Part shown: positions 40,982-51,530 of the stretch, piece after piece
Numbering within the stretch: position 1 is the first letter of the stretch
Layout: each line of letters starts with the position of its first letter
Origin: Candidatus Altimarinota bacterium
GTDB taxonomy: Bacteria > Patescibacteriota > Gracilibacteria > 1-14-2-50-48-13
DNA: 64,000 nucleotides
Assembly (NCBI GenBank): GCA_046314355.1
Contig: JBKBWQ010000001.1
Span: 544,001 to 608,000 of the forward strand
Direction: 5' to 3'
Position numbers and translations under genes: made by a program
Notes under the pieces: model-generated
What the model saw: the letters and a program-made list of their open reading frames with translations, nothing else
The model's database searches: none
Told to the model about the DNA's origin: nothing

Positions 40982-42016
40982 TTAACCTTTAGGTAAAAAT
41001 TCTCCAATCCAATGTTTTTTGAAAAACTGCCATTCTTTATCATCTGTAGTCCATTCTGCATAGATAGCTACACCTATCTCTCGCTTAAGTATTCCACTTT
41101 TTGACATGTCCTGTAGTGCCTTTCGGATACCAAATAGTGCTGAGTAAATATTCTCAGCATTTGGATGAAAATTATCTCTTTTATCCTCATAGGTAGGAAC
41201 TCCCATAAATACCACTGTATTTTGCGGCAAAAGATTTATAAGATTCTTCGTCTGTATATATACATAATTTGCGTATAAATAATCCTCAGATAAGGTAGTG
41301 TCATAACTCATCATTGCAATCTGATCCACGTTTTCAGCTACTTTTTTATAATATTCTTTACTCCAGAAGCTAATATTTTTTGAAAATATCTTTAAAAACT
41401 TTTCCGCTCCCCAGAAAGGTTCAAGGTCGTCTGTGGCCACAGACAATACTTTACCATTCATCCTGGTAATCTTATGAGCTTCCTCAAGAAGAGTAATCCA
41501 TGTAATGCTTCCATCCTCAATAGGTTCGATGTTATAGTGAATTCCATCAAAACCAAGATTCATAAGATATTGGGATTCTTCCAGAATATTCTTAATGACT
41601 GTTGGTTCAGACATATCCAAGGGTCCACCCCACATTTTTTCTACCTGCCCCATCCAAGCCTGTACCCGAAGCTCAGGGTAATATCTGTGCATAGCATCTA
41701 CAAGGTCTTTAGCGTACACATACTTATCATCAGTAATAGTACCGTCTCCTTCCAGCGGTCCAACATGAAAAAATGCATCCGAAACACGAAACTCCTTTAA
41801 CTGATTTGCAAGCAGCCTATATGCATCTTCACTCTGCTTGTCCCCAACCCAGCTATGCTTAAGCCAAAGCGCATTTGTAGAGGTATGAGAATTAATAACA
41901 GAAGGTAAAGGCTGCTGATACCAATTATGCATATAAATAAGTCCTCCTCCAAAGCAAAGCACTATAAAAGTGAGGAAAATCAATATGCCGCTAATTGAAT
42001 GTTTTGCGAGACGCAC
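40982..42016 (-). CDS. GH18-like TIM-barrel protein, membrane-anchored
   Basis: FDGIHYNIEP, VDQIAMMSYDT, FMGVPTY, GVAIYAEW. Confidence 0.7.
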   Translation of the reverse strand: MRLAKHSISGILIFLTFIVLCFGGGLIYMHNWYQQPLPSVINSHTSTNALWLKHSWVGDKQSEDAYRLLANQLKEFRVSDAFFHVGPLEGDGTITDDKYVYAKDLVDAMHRYYPELRVQAWMGQVEKMWGGPLDMSEPTVIKNILEESQYLMNLGFDGIHYNIEPIEDGSITWITLLEEAHKITRMNGKVLSVATDDLEPFWGAEKFLKIFSKNISFWSKEYYKKVAENVDQIAMMSYDTTLSEDYLYANYVYIQTKNLINLLPQNTVVFMGVPTYEDKRDNFHPNAENIYSALFGIRKALQDMSKSGILKREIGVAIYAEWTTDDKEWQFFKKHWIGEFLPKG

Positions 42017-42031
42017 AAGAAAAGTTGGAAA

Positions 42032-42409
42032 TTAGGATAAGAATTCTCCATGAAACACAGCCTCAATATTATGACCATCTGGATCTAAAACAAAAGCTCC
42101 ATAATAATTTTCATGATACTCTGGACGAGCACCAGGAGCACCATTATCTTTTCCGCCAGCACCTAGTGCCGCTTTATAAAAAGCATCTACTTCATCTTTA
42201 CTCCCCGCACGGAATGCCACATGAAAATTTTTTGGAATAAGATCAGAAGATCGGCATGCAATCCAAAAATCAGGTTTTCCCGCTACGCCTAATCCACCAA
42301 ATACATCCCATTCCATAATAAGTTCATATTTGAGAGGAGAAAGGGCAGCAAGATAGAACTGTTTACTTTTATGATAATCACTCACTGCCAGAGTAATATG
42401 ATCAAGCAT
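42032..42409 (-). CDS. VOC/glyoxalase family protein
   Basis: MLDHITLAVSD, HVAF, YYGAFVLDPDGHNIEAV. Confidence 0.93.
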   Translation of the reverse strand: MLDHITLAVSDYHKSKQFYLAALSPLKYELIMEWDVFGGLGVAGKPDFWIACRSSDLIPKNFHVAFRAGSKDEVDAFYKAALGAGGKDNGAPGARPEYHENYYGAFVLDPDGHNIEAVFHGEFLS

Positions 42410-42552
42410 CGGAAAATGTAAATAATAGTATTTACATGGTAAAAGTTTAGAGAGTAAAAGCAAGACTTTTACCATTTAGGATAAATTTCTAGACAAGAAT
42501 AAAACTTTCAGTATACTTCAGACCGTACTTTGATCTTCAAAACAAGTTACAT

Positions 42553-42642
42553 GGAGAGATGGCTGAGTGGTCGATAGCGGCGGTCTTGAAAACCGTTAGG
42601 TCCGCGAGGATCTCTAGGGTTCGAATCCCTATCTCTCCGCCA
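42553..42642 (+). tRNA. tRNA-Ser(UGA)
   Basis: Cloverleaf, anticodon loop CTTGAAA, long variable arm, GGTTCGAATCC, encoded CCA. Confidence 0.97.
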
Positions 42643-42822
42643 CACGCGTTTGACGCGGTAGAATCTAATGTAAAGACTAGTTATTAGGTTCTAGAAGAAA
42701 AGTATATTAGGTTCTGCCACTAGTTCCTGATTATATACTAGTCACCGTAGAAAGAATAAAAGAGTACGTATGAGCTACTAGTCTCTAGTAACTTGCACCA
42801 GGCTCTAGTCCCTACGAAGTCC

Positions 42823-42913
42823 GGAGGGGTACTCAAGTGGCTGAAGAGGCGGGTTTGCTAAACCTGTAGGGGGCGAAAGCCTCGCGAGGGTTCGAATCCC
42901 TCCCCCTCCGCCA
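42823..42913 (+). tRNA. tRNA-Ser(GCU)
   Basis: Anticodon loop TTGCTAA, long variable arm, encoded CCA. Confidence 0.97.
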
Positions 42914-43109
42914 TAAATTTTTTTCAAAAATTTGAGTAGTTAGTAATTAGTACTTCGTAATTAGAAGGCTATTTTTTTGTCTTAAGACGTAAAAAAATTT
43001 ATCCCTCACTACTAAGTACTCCAACTATCACTCTCACTCCGAGCCTTATTCCCCTCATTCAGATTCACTTAATTAAACCAATTGACTATTTTATTTATTT
43101 CATATATAC

Positions 43110-43121
43110 TTGATATATCAA
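43110..43121. promoter_or_regulatory. probable MarR autoregulatory operator
   Basis: Perfect palindrome TTGATATATCAA abutting the -10 TATACT upstream of the marR-family gene. Confidence 0.6.
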
Positions 43122-43141
43122 CAATTAATCAAACACATATC

Positions 43142-43564
43142 ATGAAAGATTTAACCGCACTTACAAAGTTTTTTCTAACCTTAGCAAAGACCCAGACAAT
43201 TCTCACACGTAAATTTGACGGAAAGTTGGGCGGATTAAGTATGAGTGAGTTTATGATACTTTCTCATCTGCACGAAGCATCGGGTGAAAAGCTACGTCGA
43301 GTCGACCTTGCTGACAAAGTAGGTCTCACAGCTTCAGGGATCACCCGCATTCTTTTGCCCATGGAAAAGATAGGTCTTATAAAAAAAGAAACTAATGAGC
43401 GTGATGCAAGATCCAGCTATGTATTGCTAGCCTCTGGAGGCAAAGGAATGCTCACGGAAGCCATTGAAAGAGCTGAATTATTTTCACAGGACATCTTGCC
43501 AAACATTCCAGAAAAGAAACTTGAAGAAATGTCAGACATTCTCAATAAATTAAGCAGAATCTAA
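43142..43564 (+). CDS. MarR family transcriptional regulator
   Basis: LSMSEF.IL, DLADKVGLTASGITR, ERDAR. Confidence 0.92.
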   Translation: MKDLTALTKFFLTLAKTQTILTRKFDGKLGGLSMSEFMILSHLHEASGEKLRRVDLADKVGLTASGITRILLPMEKIGLIKKETNERDARSSYVLLASGGKGMLTEAIERAELFSQDILPNIPEKKLEEMSDILNKLSRI

Positions 43565-43565
43565 A

Positions 43566-44084
43566 TTAGGTTTGTTTTAGATATTCCTTCAATGGAACAG
43601 TAAAAAGCAGTTCTCCTTCACTCTGAAAATCTAGAGTAGATTCTTTTCCAGTAAATATAAATCCATGCTTTTCATAAAATTTTTGGGCATGAATATTATA
43701 TGACGCAACATCACAATATATTTCCTCTCCTTTATACAGAGTAAATACTTTTTCAATCAGCAGCCCTCCTATTCCTCGTCCAATATACTCAGGATCTATA
43801 TAGATAGCACCTACTCTTCTTTTTCCTTCCATAACTGCTGGAGCAACAAATCCAACAATAATATTACTATTCTCAGCAACCCAAACTCCGTTTTCGATCC
43901 AGTCATATGTCCTAATTCTTTTCCTCCATCTCTCGGCACGCTCATCAAAATTAGAGAAAACTCTCTCTATTTTCTCTAATGTAATCCCACTCTCAGGATT
44001 TGGGTATGTAGCAAGCCAACTCTTCTTATGTACAGAAACGACACCAACCGCATCTTGCTCTTGTGCCTTTCTAACAACAACCAT
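43566..44084 (-). CDS. GNAT family N-acetyltransferase
   Basis: AIYIDPEYIGRGIG, N..AQKFYEKHGF. Confidence 0.92.
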   Translation of the reverse strand: MVVVRKAQEQDAVGVVSVHKKSWLATYPNPESGITLEKIERVFSNFDERAERWRKRIRTYDWIENGVWVAENSNIIVGFVAPAVMEGKRRVGAIYIDPEYIGRGIGGLLIEKVFTLYKGEEIYCDVASYNIHAQKFYEKHGFIFTGKESTLDFQSEGELLFTVPLKEYLKQT

Positions 44085-44204
44085 AAATGAAGAAGAAGAT
44101 ATTTTTTGAATTATACAAAGTGTGTGATTTAAAATCAATAAGACTCATCTTCACAAGAAGTATATTTTTCATTATACTATCTGCAACTATCTTTACTCTC
44201 ATTT

Positions 44205-44468
44205 ATGTATTCTAGACTTCGTATTCTCTACCTCATTCTTCTAATTATAATAATACTAACATTTGTAGTATTCTTTTTTCAGAACCTGAACCTTACATCA
44301 ATGAGTTTTTTTCAGTGGAAAAATTTTATCCCATTGGGACTAGGTCTAGCATTTGCATTTCTTCTTGGTCTATTAACAGCCATTTTTGCAAATCTATTTA
44401 TCTCGGCAAATAGAGAATCTATGTTCGGAGAGGGTAACGACAGCCGTTTCCGGGACGAAGATTTATAA
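44205..44468 (+). CDS. LapA-like small membrane protein
   Basis: TM, FQN, FFQW, PLGL, second TM. Confidence 0.7.
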   Translation: MYSRLRILYLILLIIIILTFVVFFFQNLNLTSMSFFQWKNFIPLGLGLAFAFLLGLLTAIFANLFISANRESMFGEGNDSRFRDEDL

Positions 44469-44543
44469 AAATTTTCTGCTTGCAAAAAAGCCCCCCTTAT
44501 CTAGTATAAAAGTGCCTTAATTCTGCATACCTATTGTATACAC

Positions 44544-45119
44544 ATGCTCAAAGCACTTTTCAGTTCCAAGACACGTATAAAGCTTTTAAAGACTTTCCTT
44601 CTCAATCCTGATGAAGAATACTATGTCCGTGAACTAACACGAAATCTCGATGATCAGATCAATGGAATACGCAGAGAACTTGAAAATCTCAAGAAAATAG
44701 GATTACTCAAATTTAGAAATAAGGATAGAAAAAAGCATTATTTTGCCAATAAGGATTTTTTACTTTATCCAGAGCTCAGAAGTATATTTTTAAAAACCCT
44801 CACCGATAAAAAAGATATTGCAAGCTCTATTGCAGGACTTGGCAAAGTAGACTTTTTACTTCTCTCCGGTATTTTCGTAGGTAATGCAGAAGATGCTCAA
44901 GTTGACATGCTTATCGTTGGTGATATTGACCGGGATGCCTTATCAGATCTTGTAGAAGTACTTTCTGAAAACAATGAAGAAATAAGATATTCACTTATGA
45001 CTACAGAAAATTTCCAATACCGCATCCAGTACAAAGATTCCTTCGTTTTATCACTATTAAATGATAAGAAGAATACAGTTGCTATCAATAAACTGAAAAA
45101 GTTTTTGAAAAGCTCTTGA
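44544..45119 (+). CDS. wHTH plus nucleotidyltransferase-like domain protein
   Basis: LFSSKTRIKLL, YVRELTR, RRELENL; SGIF..VDMLIVG. Confidence 0.8.
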   Translation: MLKALFSSKTRIKLLKTFLLNPDEEYYVRELTRNLDDQINGIRRELENLKKIGLLKFRNKDRKKHYFANKDFLLYPELRSIFLKTLTDKKDIASSIAGLGKVDFLLLSGIFVGNAEDAQVDMLIVGDIDRDALSDLVEVLSENNEEIRYSLMTTENFQYRIQYKDSFVLSLLNDKKNTVAINKLKKFLKSS

Positions 45120-45241
45120 TTTTAGTTTGTATTTTGAATAAAGTGTTCTTCGTATGTTCGTAGGTATTCATTACTTACACCAGAGGGACACACAACCATA
45201 GCGCACATTAATTATAGTTCTAACTTCGTAAAGCACCTGCC

Positions 45242-45706
45242 ATGACACACACGCTTGTACAAGAGTACCAGAAAAAGTACCAGAAAAAGAGCATCCCTGA
45301 GATCCGATCAGGTATGACAGTAAAAATCACTCAGAAATTTTTAGATGGTTCTAAGGAACGTCAGCAGGTGTTCCAGGGAGTTGTTATCAAGACTCATGAG
45401 AAGACATCTCTTCAGGCTACATTTACAGTTCGAAAGATTGTAGATGGAATCGGAGTAGAAAAGATCTTCCCTATTCATTCAGATATGATTGAAATAGAAG
45501 TTGTGAAGTTTGGTAAGGTAAGAAAAGCTCAGCTTCATTATCTTCGAGAAAGAGCAGGAAAATCAGCTCGACTTAAGGACAAGAACAAAGAGTTTGCAGA
45601 ATTGGTTGTACTCCCAGAAGACAAGAAAGCAGTATCTATGAAAAAAGAGGAAGCAGTAGTAGAAGCTCCTGCAGAAGAGGCGAAGACTGAGAAGACAGCT
45701 GAATAA
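45242..45706 (+). CDS. rplS: 50S ribosomal protein L19
   Basis: KERQQVFQG, TFTVRKI, GVEKIFP, GKVRKAQLHYLR. Confidence 0.98.
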   Translation: MTHTLVQEYQKKYQKKSIPEIRSGMTVKITQKFLDGSKERQQVFQGVVIKTHEKTSLQATFTVRKIVDGIGVEKIFPIHSDMIEIEVVKFGKVRKAQLHYLRERAGKSARLKDKNKEFAELVVLPEDKKAVSMKKEEAVVEAPAEEAKTEKTAE

Positions 45707-45819
45707 TAGACTTCTGAAAAGTAAAAAGATCATTCATCTAAAAGTGAATGATCTTTTTTTATGAATTAACAATAAAAGTATTTTCCTTATAATAGGTATA
45801 CATATTTTTGATACACGAA

Positions 45820-46974
45820 ATGTCTGTAAAACATATAACACTTGTAGGAAGTTTTGGAGCAAGCAACATAGGTGATGAAGCAATCTTGGAAAGTACCCTT
45901 CAGATGCTTCATACCCATTCAGAATCATTAGGCATACATGTTCTTTCCCCAACACCAGAAGATACACAGGAGTTCTATCACGCTTATAGCGTGACCTCTT
46001 CCGTTCCCATACCCTTTGGTGTGCGGAGTATCATCAAAAAAAGCCCGGCATTTATCAAATCACTGAAAATACTGCGCTCAACAGATATAGTATTCTTTCC
46101 AGGAGGTGGTCTTTTCACAGACAATGAAAGCATCTACGCTGTACTACTTTGGGCATTGCATTTTTTCTTTTTTAAATTTTTACTAGGAAAAAAAGTAGTT
46201 TTTGGAGGTCAGAGTATCGGTCCATTAAAATCATTCCTGGCAAAAAATATTACACGGTGGGTACTTGCATCTAGTGACGGTTTTTTTGTCCGAGATGAAG
46301 AATCTCTACTCTGTATCAAGAAAGAATTTCCAAAGTATGTAAGTAAAGTATCTCTATTACTCGATCCGGTATGCTTTATTGATACTAGTGTAGAGCATAA
46401 AGGAGTTTTCACCACTACCAAGAAACCTCTTCAGATTGCACTCTCGCTTCGTCCGTGGCACGGATCAGAACATAAGCTCATACATGCATTAGGAAAAATA
46501 TTTAAGAAGATATCAGAGACGCAGCCTATACATCTACATTTGATACCAATGCAGTATAAAGGCAGTGAAGATATAACTCCCCTGCAGCATATGTCTTATG
46601 TCCTGCATGAAATGAACATTCCTTCCACCTTACATGCACCTAGATCTTATACAGAGGTATTACAGATTCTTTCAGACTGTCAGGCATCTATCGGAATGCG
46701 GCTCCATTTTCTGATACTTAGTGCCTTAAGTCATACACCACTACTTGCGCTATCATATAGTACAAAAGTGGAAGGATTTTTAAAAAGAATCAATCTGCAT
46801 TCTTCATTCAATATAGCTTCTTTACATACAGCAGAGCTTGAAGCTACGGTGGAGCATTTTATTAAATCATATTCAGATCAGCAGACTTATCTGGATGTAT
46901 TTATAGCACAAACAAAAGCTAAAAAAGACATAGAAGCTAACACCTTGCTATCTGCATTAGGATTAGTAAGATAA
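45820..46974 (+). CDS. polysaccharide pyruvyl transferase (CsaB-like)
   Basis: GSFGASNIGDEAI, GGGLF, QSIGP, VRDEES, GMRLH, YSTKV. Confidence 0.9.
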   Translation: MSVKHITLVGSFGASNIGDEAILESTLQMLHTHSESLGIHVLSPTPEDTQEFYHAYSVTSSVPIPFGVRSIIKKSPAFIKSLKILRSTDIVFFPGGGLFTDNESIYAVLLWALHFFFFKFLLGKKVVFGGQSIGPLKSFLAKNITRWVLASSDGFFVRDEESLLCIKKEFPKYVSKVSLLLDPVCFIDTSVEHKGVFTTTKKPLQIALSLRPWHGSEHKLIHALGKIFKKISETQPIHLHLIPMQYKGSEDITPLQHMSYVLHEMNIPSTLHAPRSYTEVLQILSDCQASIGMRLHFLILSALSHTPLLALSYSTKVEGFLKRINLHSSFNIASLHTAELEATVEHFIKSYSDQQTYLDVFIAQTKAKKDIEANTLLSALGLVR

Positions 46975-47043
46975 CCGATACAATTCCTATTATAAAAATA
47001 CCTCTCTTAAAAGAGAAAAGATTATCTTAGTTTTATACAAAAA

Positions 47044-47733
47044 TTACAGCCACTTCTTGGCAACAAGACCATTAAAAGCTGCATCTTCTTCAGCTTTTCT
47101 TTTGCTTGTTCCAGTCCCCTCTGACACTTTCTCATGCTGCAGAAATAGTCCCATAATAAATTTCTTATCATGATCAGGTCCTTCGTTAGCAATCATGGAA
47201 TAGTGCGGCGTAATACCTAAAACATCCTGAGCAATCTCCTGAAATTTTGATTTACTGTCCACATACAGTTTTTGTCCTACTATATCTTCAACATCATGAA
47301 GCAAGTATTTATTAATAAATACTTCAGCTGCTTTCATCCCCTGATCAAGATATATAGCACCTATTAGCGCCTCTACAGTGTTTGCAAGAATATAATCCTT
47401 TTGACTTCCCCCTGAAAGCGCCTCTCCCCTACTCAGAAGCAGTCTAGAGCCAAGATCAAGTTCCTTAGCAGCAGCAGCAAGATGCTCTCTTCGCACTAGT
47501 GCAGACCTCACAGCAGTAAGCTCTCCCTCTGTCATCTGTCTGTATTTTTTATACAAAAATTCTGTAGCAACTAGTTCCAGTACGGCATCTCCTAAAAACT
47601 CAAGACGCTCATTGGATTCTGGAGCTTCATTATATTCATTCAGGAAAGAACGGTGAATAAACACCTTTTCTAAAAGGTGTTTATCCTTAAAAACTATTTC
47701 TATTGCCTGCTCTACTGTAGAAAAGTCCCTCAT
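47044..47733 (-). CDS. rnc: ribonuclease III
   Basis: NERLEFLGDAVL, EALIGAIYLD, dsRBD. Confidence 0.98.
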   Translation of the reverse strand: MRDFSTVEQAIEIVFKDKHLLEKVFIHRSFLNEYNEAPESNERLEFLGDAVLELVATEFLYKKYRQMTEGELTAVRSALVRREHLAAAAKELDLGSRLLLSRGEALSGGSQKDYILANTVEALIGAIYLDQGMKAAEVFINKYLLHDVEDIVGQKLYVDSKSKFQEIAQDVLGITPHYSMIANEGPDHDKKFIMGLFLQHEKVSEGTGTSKRKAEEDAAFNGLVAKKWL

Positions 47734-47757
47734 AAAAAGAAAAAATAATACACCTAC

Positions 47758-48192
47758 TTAGTCCTGTTTATCAGAGGTTTTAATCTTCTGAAAAATTGTA
47801 TTAAGAACGCCATTCACAAATTTTGAGCTTGTCTCACTGCCGTAGTTTTTTGCAAGCTCGACTGCCTCATTGATAGCAACAACCTCTGGTACTTCTTTAT
47901 TGAAAAGTATCTCAAAGATACCGATATATAAAATACATCGGTCTATGAGTGCAATTTTTTCCAATGGCCATTCAGGAGCAAAGTCTCTGATATGCTGTTC
48001 AATAGTTTCTAGATTTTTATCTATACCTTCCAATATTAGCTGTGTGAATTCCAGCTTCTTATCTTGATACTCATAAAAATGTCTATTGTTTTCTGTAAGA
48101 ACATCCAGCAAGGGCTTATTTCTTTCACGAAACTCCCACGTATAAAGAGTTTTGAGCGCAAATTCACGACCCACATGTCTATTAATCTTCAT
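47758..48192 (-). CDS. nusB: transcription antitermination factor NusB
   Basis: IDRCIL, VAINEAVELAK, FVNGVL. Confidence 0.97.
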   Translation of the reverse strand: MKINRHVGREFALKTLYTWEFRERNKPLLDVLTENNRHFYEYQDKKLEFTQLILEGIDKNLETIEQHIRDFAPEWPLEKIALIDRCILYIGIFEILFNKEVPEVVAINEAVELAKNYGSETSSKFVNGVLNTIFQKIKTSDKQD

Positions 48193-48246
48193 GCCTTCTG
48201 GATAAAAGAAATTTCAAAGAATCAATACATTGTACTATACTTAAGC

Positions 48247-48477
48247 TTATGCTTCAATAGTAGTTACTTTACTAGTCTTATCTTTCATGATGAGTACCTG
48301 ACGTCCGCGGTAGAATCCGCAAGCCTTACAAGCATTGTGAAGCATTCTCTTCTCTCCACAATTCTTACAATCAACAAGTCTAAGAGCGTTTGTAAGCTTC
48401 TTACTTCTCATTCGTACATATGCTCCGTATCGCTGTCTTGATCGTACTTTCGATAACTTTTTCTTTGGTGCTGCCAT
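48247..48477 (-). CDS. rpmF: 50S ribosomal protein L32
   Basis: MAAPKKK, CKNC..HNACKACGFYRG. Confidence 0.95.
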   Translation of the reverse strand: MAAPKKKLSKVRSRQRYGAYVRMRSKKLTNALRLVDCKNCGEKRMLHNACKACGFYRGRQVLIMKDKTSKVTTIEA

Positions 48478-48788
48478 GGTGTATTATTACGTAGAAAACA
48501 AAAAATATACGGACGAATGGTACTTGAAATAGTGGGAGAATGCAAGAGAATGTGAGGGGCTCGAGTAATTAAGTAATTAGTAATTAAAACATATATAATA
48601 ATTACTTTATTTATCAGTGCCTATTCGGTGAAATTATGAGTATGAGAGTTAAATTTTGTATCACCAAAAGGCATCTTTTTCGCTCTTATTTGTGTACAAT
48701 ATAAGTATATTCAGTCTATTTTTACGCTCAAGCTGAAAATATTTTTATAAAAATTATAGTACACTGTATATACATTAACTCCACCTGC

Positions 48789-49706
48789 ATGAATTTTTTA
48801 GAAGCGAGTAAAGATATTGAGCAAATTATTTCCTGTACAGAAGTCCGTCTTACTGATGATCTAAAAAAAGCATATCAAGATGAACCAGGCACATGGGAGA
48901 TGTTTGAGAAAAATGACGCTCAGGCAAATATTTACAAGATACGTTATAGGTCTCAAATGCATGAAGTCGTCGGATATATAGTGGAACCGAAAAATATACA
49001 AAATCCCCTTCCTTGTATTGTTTATAATAGAGGTGGTTCAAGAGAGTTTGGGATGATCAAACGAGGACATTTGTTTGGATCCATAGCAGAAATGGCAAAT
49101 TGGGGCTATATCGTCATTGCATCACAATATTCAGGAAACGATGGTGGTGAAGGAAAAGATGAATTTGGAGGAAACGATATTAAAGATGTTGAAAATCTTT
49201 ACTTAATACTTGAGCAATATAGAAATGCCGATACTTTAAGGATAGGCATGTATGGAGGTAGTCGCGGAGGTATGATGACTTATCAGATGCTCACGAGAGT
49301 AGACTGGATCAAGGCAGCTGTTACTAGAGCAGGAACCGCAAATATATTTAGAAATCAGAGAGAACGTCCTATAGGGATGAAAAAAACACAGGAGGAAATG
49401 TTTGGCCCTTCCCGCGAGGAAAAAATTAAGCGTTCTGCACTCTACTGGCCTGAAAAATTTCCGAAGGATGTACCAATACTAATGATGCATGGAACAGCAG
49501 ACTGGAGAGTAAACCCTTTAGACAGTATAGATCTATCAAAGAAATTTCTAAAATTAAAGATTCCGCATCGGCTTGCTCTTTTTGAAGGGGCAGATCATGG
49601 AATTACAGAGTTTAGAGAAGAAACATTGCGAATGACGAAAGACTGGTTTCATAAGTATGTGAGAGATCTTGCCTCATTGCCAAATATGGAACTACATGGG
49701 AATTGA
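48789..49706 (+). CDS. S9/prolyl oligopeptidase-family alpha/beta hydrolase
   Basis: GGSRGG nucleophile, HGTADWRV, ADHG. Confidence 0.9.
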   Translation: MNFLEASKDIEQIISCTEVRLTDDLKKAYQDEPGTWEMFEKNDAQANIYKIRYRSQMHEVVGYIVEPKNIQNPLPCIVYNRGGSREFGMIKRGHLFGSIAEMANWGYIVIASQYSGNDGGEGKDEFGGNDIKDVENLYLILEQYRNADTLRIGMYGGSRGGMMTYQMLTRVDWIKAAVTRAGTANIFRNQRERPIGMKKTQEEMFGPSREEKIKRSALYWPEKFPKDVPILMMHGTADWRVNPLDSIDLSKKFLKLKIPHRLALFEGADHGITEFREETLRMTKDWFHKYVRDLASLPNMELHGN

Positions 49707-49802
49707 GGAGAAATAGGAAATAGGTTGCACCTAATTCTTATTTCCTATTTCCTCTAATTCTCTTTACACTTCCTATATTTCCAGTACAATTCTCCTGTGT
49801 TT

Positions 49803-49935
49803 GTCACAGACAGTAGGTTTACCTCACCCGAGGTAAGTAAGTCCTACCGAGATAAAACAGTAGTATTAAAGTACAATTTGTATCTTTCATATATCTGTAA
49901 AACGTCTCGTATCAAGCACGACGTTATTTTTTTAT
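49803..49935 (+). promoter_or_regulatory. ribosomal protein L10 leader
   Basis: AGACAGTAGG...CCTACCGAG core upstream of rplJ, followed by a hairpin and T-tract. Confidence 0.75.
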
Positions 49936-49954
49936 TTACTAGCAGGATTGCACT

Positions 49955-50479
49955 ATGGCAGTTACACGGTCCAAAAAGGAATCAATCCTCGCTGATTTGA
50001 ATGACAAATTTGCAAAAGCAGTTTTAACTGTTTTCGTGAAGAATAATGGCCTTTCAATGAAAGAGATCAATGAGCTTAGAGCTCTCCTCCGACAGGAAGA
50101 TGCTACATTCAAAATTGCAAAGAAGACGCTTATGAAGCTTGCCATCGCGGAGAACAAACTCCCTGAGGTAGCTGATGAGATCTTCGATGGTCCTGTAGGA
50201 GTCACTTTCGGCTTCAAAGATCAGGTATCAGCGGCAAAAATCATTGCAAACTATGCAAAGACTCATGACAAACTTGAACTCGTAGGAGGAATCCTCGAAG
50301 GAAAAGTTCTCAGTCGTGATGATGTTGCAGCACTTGCAAAACTTCCAGGAAGACAAGAGCTTCTCGGAATGCTCGTGGGAACTATGCAAGCACCTATTCA
50401 GGGATTTGCTTCAGTACTCGCTGGCAACATGCGCAACTTTGTATCAGTTCTTGATCAGGTTGCAAAGCAGAAGGCGTAA
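49955..50479 (+). CDS. rplJ: 50S ribosomal protein L10
   Basis: GLSMKEINELR, KKTLM, LAKLPGRQEL. Confidence 0.97.
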   Translation: MAVTRSKKESILADLNDKFAKAVLTVFVKNNGLSMKEINELRALLRQEDATFKIAKKTLMKLAIAENKLPEVADEIFDGPVGVTFGFKDQVSAAKIIANYAKTHDKLELVGGILEGKVLSRDDVAALAKLPGRQELLGMLVGTMQAPIQGFASVLAGNMRNFVSVLDQVAKQKA

Positions 50480-50553
50480 TACGCCAACCATGAACCACTC
50501 CCTATCGGTCGGGTACATGGTAAAATTTTATCTCACAATTAATAAGTACCAAC

Positions 50554-50946
50554 ATGGCAGACTTATCAGCAAATTCACAGAAAATTTTAGATCTTGTTAA
50601 GGACCTTTCAGTTCTTGAGCTTTCTCAGCTTGTAAAAGCTATGGAAGAAGAGTTCGGAGTAACTGCAGCAGCACCTATGATGATGGGAGCTATGCCAGCA
50701 GCTGGAGGAGATGCAGGAGCAGCAGCTGAGGAGAAGACAGCATTCGATGTTATCCTTACAGCAGCAGGAGCACAGAAGATCGGAGTAATTAAGGTAGTAC
50801 GAGAGCTTACTGCTCTTGGACTTAAAGAGGCTAAGGACCTTGTAGACGGAGCACCTAAGGCAGTTAAAGAAGGTGTGAAGAAAGAAGAGGCTGAGTCTAT
50901 CAAAGCTAAGCTTGAAGAGGCTGGAGCATCTGTAGAGATCAAATAA
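50554..50946 (+). CDS. rplL: 50S ribosomal protein L7/L12
   Basis: [27 protein letters not shown]. Confidence 0.99.
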   Translation: MADLSANSQKILDLVKDLSVLELSQLVKAMEEEFGVTAAAPMMMGAMPAAGGDAGAAAEEKTAFDVILTAAGAQKIGVIKVVRELTALGLKEAKDLVDGAPKAVKEGVKKEEAESIKAKLEEAGASVEIK

Positions 50947-50959
50947 TTGAACTCTTAGA

Positions 50960-50993
50960 GAAAAAGCACTTCCAGAAATGGAGGTGCTTTTTT
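50960..50993. terminator. bidirectional terminator after rplL
   Basis: AAAAAGCACTTCCA..TGGAGGTGCTTTTTT. Confidence 0.85.
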
Positions 50994-51020
50994 AGTATAC
51001 AATTCTTTTTGTTTGTATTA

Positions 51021-51530
51021 CTACTTTATAATTTTTATCCTATCCCCTACATAAGGAGATTTTGATAAGTTTTTAATCACTTCGTTATTATAGATTGATT
51101 TTTCTACAATTAATTCAGCAATTTCTAACCCAACTTTAAATTTTTTTGTCCTTTCATCAAAAATATTCAGAGTGCTTTCAGATTTTTCCAACAATTCAAT
51201 CTCTTTCTTTTTAAAATACTCATCATACCTTTGAAAGATATTCATTAATCTTTCAGAGATACCTATCAATATCTTAAGATATGAGACGCAGGAGTGATTA
51301 GCAATAATTACTAAAACATCCTCAGCTTCACACTCTTTATGCTCCAAAGCTGCTATAAGCACCTTTGTGTCAGCATGATAATTTCTTAAGGCAGACTTTA
51401 AACCTTCCTTCGTATGCGTGAGTAGAAGAAGAGTAACAATTTCATCTCCAGTCTGTACCTTAGAGAACACCTCTCTTTCTTTTCTTTCGATTTCCTTCTC
51501 TAACTCTGATTTAATATCAGTTTGTCCCAT
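51021..51530 (-). CDS. hypothetical helical ORFan
   Basis: AGGAG SD (51537-51541); long leader with TTGACA promoter. Confidence 0.75.
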   Translation of the reverse strand: MGQTDIKSELEKEIERKEREVFSKVQTGDEIVTLLLLTHTKEGLKSALRNYHADTKVLIAALEHKECEAEDVLVIIANHSCVSYLKILIGISERLMNIFQRYDEYFKKKEIELLEKSESTLNIFDERTKKFKVGLEIAELIVEKSIYNNEVIKNLSKSPYVGDRIKIIK

